From Schmidtea nova (taxonomy: Eukaryota), in NCBI GenBank assembly GCA_044892505.1, contig CM097884.1:37882001-37946000 (forward strand): DNA of 64,000 nucleotides, read 5' to 3'. Within the stretch, counting starts at the first letter, position 1. Every line of letters starts with the position of its first letter. Made by a program: the position numbers and the translations under genes. The notes beneath the pieces were generated by a model. The model saw nothing but the letters and a program-made list of their open reading frames with translations, was not told the origin of the DNA and did no database searches. Shown piece by piece: positions 1-10,589 of the stretch.

Positions 1-88
1 TAGATGGAATTAGTGTTTCACGATTCTTTTTAATAACTTTTCTAAGTTTTGATTTCTTTGGATGTTTGGATCGTGCTTTAAGTAACAT
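1..88 (-). CDS. 5' part of Polinton basic ORF downstream of the ATPase (runs off window)
   Basis: ATG at 88 gives MLLKARSKHPKKSKLRKVIKKNRETLIPS; homologous starts follow the ATPase copies at 3177 (MFLKSSARQLKLSKLRK) and 45431 (MILKVRIQYPKLS). Confidence 0.6.
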   Translation of the reverse strand, partial: MLLKARSKHPKKSKLRKVIKKNRETLIPS

Positions 89-108
89 GATTAATTTCTA
101 ACATAATT

Positions 109-732
109 TTAACTTTGTTTATAAACCATTGCTCCTTCTTTGTTAAAAATATCAGTTCTAACACGTAATTCATCACTAAATTGTTGAGTAAAATCGAGAA
201 AAATATATCCATGTGGGACTTTAGTTGCATCTTGAAATGCATTGATCAAAAAATTCCGATTATTAGGGTAAGCCTGTCTTGCAAGAAAATCGATAACGGT
301 AGCATCTCTAGGATTTTTAAAAATAACTAGATATTGGACATTCAAATTTCGAGTTCGATGACTACCACCCTGATGAAATAAATTCTGAGTAATAAAAATA
401 ACTGTAACTCCTTTATGTCTAGTAATTTTTGTGAATAAATTATTGAAATCCTTCTCTTTATTTGCTTCTTGATACAAATCATCAATAATAATTACATCAC
501 CACTTCGTAATCTAGACGACCAGTTTTTATCGAATCCTTTTATTATAGTCATTTTAATCTTACAGAATTGATCTTGAGTCATTCCATGTTCATCATCAGC
601 TCCCCTATGCCAATAAATTTTGTTAAATTTTGAATTTAATAATTTTGATTGTAATAATTTACAAACAAATAAAGTTTTTCCACTTCCACTTGGACCGACA
701 ATTTGATAAACTGCATCATTTCTTAACTCCAT
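109..732 (-). CDS. Polinton/Maverick A32/FtsK-like genome packaging ATPase (intact)
   Basis: Walker A GPSGSGKT, Walker B IIIDD, arginine-finger TRH, ITQNLF, and C-terminal PHGYIFLDF...RVRTDIF typical of Polinton ATPases; first ATG at 732; no introns. Confidence 0.9.
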   Translation of the reverse strand: MELRNDAVYQIVGPSGSGKTLFVCKLLQSKLLNSKFNKIYWHRGADDEHGMTQDQFCKIKMTIIKGFDKNWSSRLRSGDVIIIDDLYQEANKEKDFNNLFTKITRHKGVTVIFITQNLFHQGGSHRTRNLNVQYLVIFKNPRDATVIDFLARQAYPNNRNFLINAFQDATKVPHGYIFLDFTQQFSDELRVRTDIFNKEGAMVYKQS

Positions 733-828
733 TTTCAAAATATTAAGAGTTTATGGATATTGTTTATATTTGTTTTAATTAATTGATATACTTTTACAAA
801 ATATATTTAAAAAATAATCAGTCTTATA
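733..828. promoter_or_regulatory. Putative bidirectional promoter between ATPase and TBP-like gene
   Basis: 96-nt divergent spacer; 22-mer TATTGTTTATATTTGTTTTAAT (758-779) is identical at 3842-3863 in a diverged copy; it reads TATAAA on the minus strand ~30 nt before the ATPase ATG. Confidence 0.5.
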
Positions 829-1299
829 ATGTTAAGCAACATAAATTACAAAGGAAAATGTTCTGTTTCTCATATGAAATTTCCAAATGGTAAGCCACAG
901 CAGATTGTAGATAGGAAAGGTAAGTATCCTATAATATTTTTCAAGTCAGGTAAATGTAGAATAATGGGATGTAAACAACCTCTTAAAGATCAAGATTTAT
1001 TATATGAAATAAGAGATTTACAAATACAATCGATTACAGTTACTACAGATATTGGAAAATGTGTCAATTTACATGAATTGTCACAAAATCTCTCATGTTC
1101 TTATGAGCCAGAAATATTCCCGGCATTGAGATATATAAAGTATAATCCTTTATGTGTAAACGTATTCAACAGTGGTAAAGTTGTTATACTCGGTATAAAA
1201 ACGCTAAACTATCATGATTTGGTTGAAGAAATAATTAACGATATCAAATCGGTTATTGATGACGTAGAATTCTTGAAATTCTTGTTACTTGTTACGTAA
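829..1299 (+). CDS. TATA-binding protein (TBP)-like protein, minimal two-repeat core, Polinton-encoded (intact)
   Basis: Repeat 1 SNIN...IIFFKSGKCRIMGCK and repeat 2 IQSITVTTD...SYEPEIFPAL...VNVFNSGKVVILGIK match TBP signatures QNIV...LIFSSGKMVCTGAK and IQNMV...SYEPELFPGL...LIFVSGKVVLTGAK; 156 aa, intronless. Confidence 0.85.
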   Translation: MLSNINYKGKCSVSHMKFPNGKPQQIVDRKGKYPIIFFKSGKCRIMGCKQPLKDQDLLYEIRDLQIQSITVTTDIGKCVNLHELSQNLSCSYEPEIFPALRYIKYNPLCVNVFNSGKVVILGIKTLNYHDLVEEIINDIKSVIDDVEFLKFLLLVT

Positions 1300-1339
1300 T
1301 AAAAGATGTTATATACTTTTTAAAATAATATTTAATTTT

Positions 1340-1880
1340 ATTTTTGGCACCCTGTGAACTTCAACTTTTCTATATGTTTTTGCTTTTCTTACAAGAGATT
1401 TATAATTCAATCTATTAGAAAAAATATTCTCTACAAGATGGTATAAAGATGTTTACATAATATTGATTTTTAAATTTTGCACTCGTTGCACTTCCATTTT
1501 TTCATAGGTGCTTGAATTTATTTTCGAAAGATTTATATATCAATCTAGTAAAAAACCTATTCTCTACAAAATAATAAAGCTTTTATAATAATATCGATTT
1601 TTATTTTTTGGGACACTGTAAACATCAAGTGTTTTATAAGTTTTCGCATTTATTATCATGTAATTTATAACTCATTTTATTTGAGAAATTGTCCTCTACA
1701 AGTTTATATATAAAAGTTTGTTATAATATTGGTTTAAATTCTTTGCACACTGTGCAATTCAACTTTTTTATAGGTGCTCAAATAATATTTTAACATTTTA
1801 TTACATCAATCTTCTTGAAAACTTATTTTCTATAATACAATATCTTAATTTGGGTTACTTCATTGATTTTTATTTTGTAT
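1340..1880. repeat. Degenerate ~133-bp tandem repeat, about 4 units
   Basis: CTCTACAA-like anchor at 1429, 1562, 1694, 1828; recurring ATAATATTGATTTT and GCAC..TGTG.A.TTCAACTTTT. Confidence 0.7.
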
Positions 1881-2184
1881 CTACATTTAAAATATTACAA
1901 CTAAAATATTAACAGTTTCAACACATTCTTGAAATTTGTTGGGTATATATTTCTATTTATCGAATCCATATATCGGAAATCTATGATGAAATATAATTCG
2001 TTCTATTCGTTCCAATAAATTGATAGATTTTTACATCGGCAATTTCTGGAGCACAATTTCATCTTTAATTTCTGGATAAATCTCAATAACTTTATTAACA
2101 AAAATTTTAACTTTAAATGCTAAAACAATTAATAATAATAAAATAGTGGAGCACATATCTACCCGTTTCTGAAATTTTTATCAT
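1880..2184 (-). pseudogene. Decayed ORF-X (unknown gene downstream of TBP-like gene)
   Basis: LFYYYLIVLAFKVKIFVNKVIEIYPEIK with stops aligns to LLLLEFLGFSLELLMNKMDDLYPEFR (26034) and LLNLFLDDLLEILLKKLYELYPNVK (44253). Confidence 0.45.
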
Positions 2185-2239
2185 TGTAAAATAATTGTAA
2201 AATAAAAGGTTTTCTGTATTTATAGTGTTGTTGAATTAA

Positions 2240-2628
2240 TTAAATATTTTACATCATGAACAATTTTATTTACCAACCAATCAAAATCTGAGAACAACTA
2301 TTTTTCTGCTAGCGAATATATTTAAACACAATGGTTTATAAGGTTCAAGTCTCAATGCAAGGAATATTTCTGGTTCATATACACATTTTTTTCTTTGATA
2401 AATAATGCAAATTAATTCTTTGTTTGATTTCAAACAAACATCTTTAAAATTATAATAATGCTTTCCAAAGGTTTTTAACATCCCATTATTCGACATTTCT
2501 TTGTTTTGAAAAATATTATTGTATAATTATCTTTTTTATCTATTTTGTTGATTTTTTCCTGTTGGAAATTTCATGTTGCGTATAATTTTCATAGAAACTC
2601 GCTCATTGTAATTAATATTTACGAGCAA
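2240..2628 (-). pseudogene. TBP-like gene copy 2 (frameshifted)
   Basis: LLVNINYN...MKFPTGK...YTIIFFKTKKCRIMGC* then VYEPEIFLALRLEPYKPLCLNIFASRKIVVL. Confidence 0.8.
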
Positions 2629-2689
2629 TAATATAACTAAGGTTTAAATAATTTATTGGTTAAAAACTTTTATGACAACCTAAATTTGT

Positions 2690-3177
2690 CCTAAAACAAA
2701 TATTTATTTTAAAACAATACTGTGGTAAACCCTTCTTGTTGTTTCTATACAATTTTACGCATTTGATTTTGATTTTATCTATTTACTAGTTATAACAGTG
2801 GTTTTTGTATTTGTTCAAACAATTTTATTTGATTTACTGATGTTAATTTCACCTTGGGCAACTTCAAGTATAACATCAAGTCAATGACATAATTGGGAAA
2901 TGATTGTAAAATTCTCGTTACTTTTGAACTGAAGATTTTAACAATACAATAAAAATGGAAAGCTACGATGATTTGAAGTTTTTATTACTTTTCCAACTTT
3001 CTTTGGTTTCAGTTTTAAATTGCGTGAAATAAGATTCATTACTTAAAAATTTTCTGTTAATAATTTTTTCGAAGGTGTGAAAATGGTTTTAGATGGAATT
3101 ATTGTTTTACAATTTTTTTGCAGGATTTTTCTAAGTTTTGATAACTTTAATTGTCTGGCACTGGATTTAAGAAACAT
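2690..3177 (-). pseudogene. Polinton basic ORF copy (decayed)
   Basis: Starts MFLKSSARQLKLSKLRKILQKN..IIPS, ends near KQQEGF; parallels 45431-45925 (KQKGRFIAALLP). Confidence 0.5.
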
Positions 3178-3197
3178 GATTGATGACAAACATAATA

Positions 3198-3818
3198 TTA
3201 ACTTTGTTTATAAATTATTTTACTTTCATTATTGAAAATATCGGTTTTTACTCTTTAAGAATCTGTACATTGTTGAGTAAAATCAAGAAAAATATATCCA
3301 TAGGGGTTTGAGTTTCATCTTGAAATGCATTGATTAGGAAATTACGGTTGTTAGTGTATGTCTGTCTTGCAAGGAAATCAATAAGTTGCATTTCTAATAT
3401 TTTTGACAACAACTAAATATTAAACATTTAGGTTACGTGTTTGATAAGCTCCACCTTGATGAAACAGACTTTGAGTTATAAAAATAACTGTGACACCTTT
3501 ATGTCTTAATATTTTTGTGAATAAATTATTAAGGTCTTTTTCCTTATTTGTTTCCTGATAAAGATCATCAATAATAATTTCATCACCTTGCTGTAATCTA
3601 GATGACCAGTTTTTATCAAAACCCTTTATTATTTTCATTTTTATCTTATAAAATTGCTCTTGAGTCATTCCATGGTTATCATCAGCTATTCTATGCCAAT
3701 GAAGTTTATTGAATTTAGACTTGAACATTTTAAATTGTAATAATTTACAAACAAATAAAGTTTTCTTACTTCCAACAGGACCAACAATTTGATAAACTGC
3801 ATCATTTCTTAATTCAAT
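3198..3818 (-). pseudogene. Packaging ATPase copy 2 (mutated Walker A, stops, frameshift)
   Basis: ELRNDAVYQIVGPVGSKKT...IIIDDLYQE...ILRHKGVTVIFITQ, colinear with 109-732 through YKQS*. Confidence 0.85.
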
Positions 3819-3910
3819 TTTCAATATTATTGAAATAATATTATTGTTTATATTTGTTTTAATAATTTTTATCATAGTTCAAAAATAATTTGAAAACCTT
3901 TCATTAAATA

Positions 3911-4080
3911 TTGTTAAGCAACATAAATTTCAAGGGAAAAGGTTCAGTATCTCATTTACAATTTCCACGGAAAAGCCACAACGAATTGTTCATAGAAGAG
4001 AAAAATATCCAATAATACTTTTTAAGACTGGTAAGTGTCGAATTATGAGATGTCAGAAACCTATCAAAGTATGGGATTTT
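3911..4080 (+). pseudogene. TBP-like gene copy 3 (5' half, truncated)
   Basis: LSNINFKGKGSVSHLQFP/KPQRIVHRREKYPIILFKTGKCRIMRCQKP, head-to-head with ATPase copy 2. Confidence 0.8.
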
Positions 4081-4222
4081 ATTTAGTGGATATACTCCAA
4101 TAAATTCGTTACCCTATAACTGTTTTCGAATTCGATTAACATAAATAAAACTAGATTAATAAATTTATTGGATAAATAAATAAACTTACTCCATGACAAT
4201 TTGCTGACTTTGACTAATTCAT

Positions 4223-4663
4223 CTATACCAAAACTGTTCGATTTGCAGTAATTTGAATTTCATTTTCAAAATCTCCATATATTATTAATTGTAATGGTTC
4301 TTCAATGGCTTTAGCGAACTTTATATTTAATATCAAATTTCCATTTTGAGGTAATTGACTTTGAAAAATAAAGAATGTAAAGAAAGAGTATTTGTTTTTA
4401 AAATCAGCAAGAGTTATACCACAATTCAAATTCTTATCTAATATTCCATATTTTTGACCATTGACTGCATTTATGTAGTACAAAAATTATCATTTTCGAA
4501 ATCTCGAGTACATGTTTCTCTATAATTAGTGTTTTCGATATCGATAGGGAAGTAACATCGAACTTGATTCAGTATATGACCCATTGTATTGAATTTCACT
4601 TTGAAATGCGACCAGAATGAAATTAGGCATTTTTCGGTCTCCGAATATTTGTTCTATGTAGAA
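4223..4663 (-). pseudogene. Polinton major capsid protein (double jelly-roll), C-terminal fragment
   Basis: FYIEQIFGDRKMPNFILVAFQSEIQYNGSY...GNLILNIKFAKAIEEPLQLIIYGDFENEIQITANRTV resembles the Polinton MCP C-terminus (G.L.L...FA....IVY.EF.N.I.I...R.V). Confidence 0.75.
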
Positions 4664-7600
4664 TAGGGTTGTCCTTAGACCAATGGTAATATTTTTTTCT
4701 CACAATTGGATGTCTCCCACCCTTTTAAAATGTTCCATTTGATGCCATAAGATACTGTGCAAATTTTTTTAATGATCAGATAATGTTTAGAGGTCGCCCA
4801 ACAGCTCACAATTTATTAAAATGACCAAAAAATTTGACTTGAGCATAGTATAGTATTTTTATTACTAAACTGAAATTGGTAACGTTTTATTATGTTATTA
4901 AATGACTAGGAAATATGAAACTCCGTAATGTACAGAATCTATTGTTAAGATTTATTTATAGGAATAAATGTTCTAGACTGTCAGTGTCAGTCGGTCCAAC
5001 CAAAGACGATGTCCGCACTCCGCATTCCGCAACTAAGTCAATGTAATAACGACTTCTGACAGGTTGCATACTGACGACGATGGTCTGCCACAACTTGCAG
5101 CAGAAACTGAAACTGGTCCTCATCGTATGTGATACACTTGTTTAGCTCCTGAACAAGGGCAACTCCACGTTCTGCATTATCATTGGTGACTAGTAGCTTA
5201 GACACGATCAACATGCCATCTGTGTACTCCTGTCGAGTTTCCCAAGTGTCAGGATCGTAATTCAAGAAGTCTTGAGAAATATGGAGCTTATCAAAGAATT
5301 CCTGAGATCTGACAGTTATGAAATCCTCCAAACTGTAGTTGCATGCACTGCTTGCAGACATTGTGATGCGTTTCAGACCTTTTGGTAGAAGTACTTTGTC
5401 GACGGCATCCTTGCTACAGTAATTCAGTGCTTTCACCATTTGACGTTTTGTATCGACCGGTACATCGGGATCGAAGAAGGCAAGACCCACTAAATCTTCC
5501 GACAAATACCAAAGATGATGCTCAAGTTTTTTGGATGTTGCGATAGAGATTTTCTCATTGTAACGCTTGTAATTGTGCAAATCTTGAAGCAGTTGCAGAT
5601 CATTTCGAGGCGCACTGGAAGCCAGTGGTGCAGTGAACCAGGCCTTGAGGTATATAACCACTGCAAAGATGCACATGTGGAGAAGTCCTTTCTCCTCGAA
5701 CGATGTGAGCTTGAATTGTGAGCGAAACATCCACACTTTGAGTGAGTAGATCACTTTCGACATCCATCTCGCATGGTGCATTGCACCAGGTGCCATAAAA
5801 TGAATCCCACGATGGGGTAAGCCACCAAGAAATATGATAGATAATTCAATGAATTCTCTGTAGTCTTCTCGGACGTTGTCACGAAGCAGCTGCCTGTGTG
5901 CAAATTCCATTACTTCGTTCTTCACCACGTCAGGTATTTCATTCAAATTAGCTCCCGTCTGGTAGTTACTGTGGTCGACGATTGACCACTTTTGTTGAAA
6001 TCTCTTGAACAGAAGGACTTCAGGAGCAGATGATGGTGCAAGACTTACTGTAAATGCGGCTCCTGCCAACAGTTCCATAATGTGGTGGCGACAGGCAAAG
6101 TGTAGTAAGTCCTTGCCTAGCTTCTGTTCTATCAGAACACAGGCACCGTTGTGGATACCAGTGTTGGAACTAGTTGTATCAAAGCACAATCCTACCACAC
6201 GATCCTGCACATTCCACTCATTCAGTGCCTGGACCACTGCAGATGACTGGTTCTCACCTGTTCCACCAGACATCTTGTTCACCTTCAATAGCTGACACAC
6301 CCCAAAGCCGGTCACAATTATAGGGAGGCGATCAACGTGATCCTTCCCAGTGAGATCGACCATTAGTTTGCCATCCCAATGTACCACCAAAGGAACATCA
6401 CTAGACAAATCTTCCTTTAATGCAGCTGCCATTTCAGCTCTGTATTTCTCGCGGTGACGCTTTATAGAACTCCGATTTATATTGAGTTCATCAATATCAT
6501 GCCCAAGGCTCTGAGCTGCCGCAGCAATGACAAACGTAGCCTTTCTGTCACTCAACTTGGTACGATCCAAGGCAGCTGCTAACTTTGGGGTAATCACATT
6601 TGTTGCTGCTCTGCTTTTCTTACGGCGAGGTGATGAGAACTCAGCAGGCTTATCTGTGTCCGATTCAGGTTTATTGTCATCTTCACTACTGCTGCCAAAT
6701 CCTGCAACCATTGTGCTAACGGATGCCTCGCTTTCTGCTCTTTCACGTCTCTTCCTCTCCAAGTTTATTCTGACTGCTTTTCTCTCTTCCTTTTCAGCTA
6801 ATGCTCTATCAACTAATCCAAGGTAACCTCGTCGTCCTGGTTCTCGCTGTGCCAGCAGAAATTCTCTATCTTCCTCGATCTTCATAGTCGTTAGGGCGTC
6901 GGCATGTGCAATGTCAAAAAGATTCTTCATTTTGGCGCAAAACTCATCTTCTCTGGCAACATGGAGCTCTGTCTTGCGATCTTTGTGCTTTTTTAGCTGT
7001 GTCCAATCTTTGAATAGTTGCTCCAGCTTGGTGATTGCATGGTCTTTGCGACATGTCGGTATGCGGGCCTTGTTCCAAATTCCAGTCACCTGTTCGATCA
7101 CATGTGCTGATGCCTGTCGTGTCTGCAGACCATGGGTTAGGTGGTGATGGAAAAACAAACCCAATGCTTCACCATTTGATGCAAGTCTGAGAGTAGAAAG
7201 CACAGTAGTGGGTTGACCCAGTATATAAACTGCAGTTTGACTTCGTGTTGTTATATCAAATTCTTCACTACATCACAACAACAACATATCATACAATACA
7301 ATATTACACTAACACTGGTGTGTCACTGTGTCTACATGTGGAATGTTTACTTTCTAGCCTAAAAAATGGCAAATAGTGCATAATAACTGAATGTTCTGAA
7401 TGGCAAAGCAGCAGCTAAAACATACAACACATGAAAAAGTTTACTCACCAAAAAGATGACGCCATTTCATAGAAAACTTAATAAAACTGCAAAATCCTAA
7501 TCAGACAGTATTATTGATCAACAAAGATTATTTATTAGAGGTTAAATTAATTGTTTGGGATCAACTAACTAACAGAACTGACCAAAATAAGTAGTGAGAA

Positions 7601-7788
7601 AATAAAAAATAGTTTCTAGAAGCTCATTTGCAGCGATTTTGATGAATTTCCAATTCCAAAGCTTGGGCGACCTCTAAACATCATCCAAAAATAAAAATAA
7701 AATTAGCACAGCATCCTGTCATAATAACAAACAATTCTATGAGGTGGGAGCACAGGATTTCAACTTTTCAAAATTAAGGACCAACCTA
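4664..7788 (-). mobile_element. Complete hAT-superfamily (hATm-like) DNA transposon
   Basis: 14-bp TIRs TAGGGTTGTCCTTA / TAAGGACCAACCTA (2 mismatches); perfect 8-bp TSD ATGTAGAA (4656-4663, 7789-7796); subterminal inverted ATGTTTAGAGGTCGCCC motif (~4783 and ~7666). Confidence 0.9.
5038..7465 (-). CDS. hATm-type DDE transposase, 2 exons (7465-7449; 7267-5038), about 748 aa
   Basis: Motifs HWDGKL, CFDTTSSNTG, CRHH, HHARWMSK, NDNAERGV; ATGGCGTCATCTTTTTG|GTGAGT donor and TGTAG|TGAAGAA acceptor join in frame (MASSFCEEFDITTRSQ...). Confidence 0.85.
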
Positions 7789-8043
7789 ATGTAGAAAGAT
7801 GATGCACCTTTCCCAATAACAAATTGTACGATTTCTTTAGTTTTCATTTGATAAATTGCATATTTCTAATTACGTCCAACTTGATGTCCAGCTAATACAG
7901 ATGGTTCAACACGAACACGACGAATAATTAATTTTGCATCAACTAATTGATATTTTGGAGCACCATGAATATAGTGATAATGCTGTATCAGATCGCTTCA
8001 GTTTGATGTAATGATTGACACCAGGGAGTAAATACTTCTCTGG
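7789..8043 (-). pseudogene. Polinton major capsid protein, middle fragment
   Basis: EKYLLPGVNHYIKLKRSDTA...KYQLVDAKLIIRRVRVEPSVLAGH...YQMKTKEIVQFVIGKG, continuous with 4663 once the transposon is removed. Confidence 0.75.
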
Positions 8044-8384
8044 ACTCTGGTATTTTTGTACAGGTGGCCTAGAAAGCTACTATGTTTTTTGGTCGATCTT
8101 TTGTAAAGGAAAATTTTTGTCGGTCTTTTGTACATGTGGCCTGGAAAGCCACTATGTTTCTTGGTCGATTTTTTGTATAGGAAAATTTTGTCGGTCTTTT
8201 GAATAGGATTTTCTATTCCGAGATTTTTCTCGGGCAAAAAGGGACTCTGGATTTTTGTACAGGGATTTTGAACAAGGATTTTTGGTCTGCTATTTTTGTA
8301 TAGGATTTTTAGTCTGGTATTTTGTATAGGATTTTGGTCTGGATTTTTCGAATAGGATTTTCTACTCCCAGATTTTTTTAGGGC

Positions 8385-8675
8385 AAAAAGGGACTCTGGT
8401 AATTTTGAACTAAAATTTTAATGGTAAATAAAAAACACGTGTAAATTTTTTAAACTAGTAAAATAGATTGAAATTATTTTGAATAGGATTTTCAATTCTC
8501 TCAATTTCTAGGGTAAAAAGGGACTCTGATAATTTTGAACTAGATTTTTATAGTAAATAAAAAACACGTGTAAATTATTTTAAACTAGTAAAATAGATTG
8601 AAATTATTTTGAATAGGATTTTCAATTCCCTCAATTTCTATGGCAAAAAGGGACTCTGGTAGTTTTGAACAGAAA
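8385..8675. repeat. 130-bp tandem repeat (about 2.2 units)
   Basis: GGACTCTG anchors at 8391, 8521, 8651. Confidence 0.85.
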
Positions 8676-10589
8676 TTTTAAATAAAGATTTAAGAAAAGG
8701 GTATTAAACACGTGATTAAATTAAATAGGTAATAAAACATGGAGAATTTTACAAAAACAAAAGAATGACATAATATTTAAAATTTAATAAAAAAGGGTAA
8801 AATTAAGGCAAAGTCAGAGTTGAAATGACATAATATGAAAAATTTAAAAATAAGTACGAAATTTTTTGGGAAATCTCGGAGTTGTTAATTTATAAGTAAA
8901 ATTTTTAAAGTAAAATTTTTAAAGTAAATTTTTTAAAGTAAAATTTTTTTAGAATAAAATTTTTTATACAATTTTAATTTTTATAAAATCTTAAACTAAA
9001 TTCAATAAACTTTTTTATACTGAAATTTTTTTGATAAATAAAAAACACGTATAAATTTAGAAAAATGATAAATAGATTTAAATGGTTAAATTAAATAGGC
9101 AATAAAACATAGAGAATTTTACAAAGACAAAAGATTGACATAATATTTAAAAATTTTATAAAAAGGGTAAAATTAAGGTAAAGTCAGAGTTCAAATGACA
9201 TAATATTTAAAATTTAATAAAAAAAGGTTAAATTAAGGCAAACTGAGAGTTGAAATAACATAATAAGGAAATTTTAAAAAATAAACATGAAATTTTTTGG
9301 CAAACTCAGAGTTGGTAATTTTTAAATATAAAATTAAATTTTTTCACAAAATGAAATTTTCAAACCAATAAAAGTCTTAACAAATAAAAACTTTTATCAA
9401 ATAAAAATTAATCAACAAATAAAATATTTTAATAAATAAAAATTAAACAATACAAATCGAATTTCAAATACAAAATTTTATTCAAGAAATGTTTTGTTGT
9501 AATATATTCTTCTTCATTCTGCCAAAAGAAAAGTGTTTGATCTGGGAATTTCCAAAAATTAAAATGTTGTCAGAATTCAATAATTTTTATACCAATCTAC
9601 TGAGAATTGAAAGGCGAACAATAAAGGTAAAAAAATTAAAATCATGAAAAAATCAAAATTTTATACAGGAAATGTCAGTCTCAGTAAAAAAGGGCAAAGT
9701 ACATAAAAAACGTGGAAATATTTAAAAAATATTTAAACTAAATAATTAAATCTAAATAAATTTATGATAATTAAATAAAAAAGTAAATAATTTCTATACG
9801 AATTTCCAAACTCAGTAAATAATTCACTCAATATTTTTGTATTGAACTTATTAAATAAAATGGTACATTAAATAAAAAGCATGGAAATAATAAGTAAATT
9901 AAAGTTTGAATTTTAAAAAAATTTGAACTGGATTTATGAAAAATGGTAAAGTAAATAAATTAAAGATAGAATTTTTAAAATAAATTAAGAATTTAAAGAT
10001 AAATAGAATTATAAACAAATAATTTTTTTTTAAATAAGTAAATTAAGAAAGACGTGAGTTTTAATGTCATAATTTTAAAATGAATTGGCTTTAAATGAAC
10101 TTTTTAATGTAATATTTGAAAAATGTGAGAATAATTAAATATTTTTGAAATTCTTTAAAGTAAAAGTTTTTAAGAATAAAGTCAATGTAGAAATTTTTAA
10201 CAATTAAATCAATGTAATTTTATTTTTAAACATTAACCAACAAGTAAAATTTTTTTTAATTAATAAATACAAAGTAAATATTTTTTCACAAGTAAATATT
10301 TTTCACAAGTAAAATTTTTAACTAATAAATGCAAATCTAAATGTTTTTCAATATGATCTTTTTTTAAAGAAATAATCAAAAAACAAATAAATGTAGTAAA
10401 TAAAACACTTGTAAATATTAAATTTATTTAAGAATAAAAGTAGTTATTAAACAAGAATTGTTCCAATTTTGTATACTAAGTTAAAGAATATTGATTAATG
10501 ACATAAATTTTTAAAAATAAATGTAATAATTGAAAATATGGGAACAAGTAAAATAATAATATTAATAAAAATAATAAAAATAATAAGTA

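Noticed and set aside
829-1299. Calling this the host TBP or TRF2 gene
   Set aside because: Too divergent in repeat 1, intronless, no N-terminal extension, multicopy and fixed next to a Polinton ATPase
5515-7147. Four + strand ORFs of 68-99 aa
   Set aside because: Antisense shadows of the GC-richer transposase ORF
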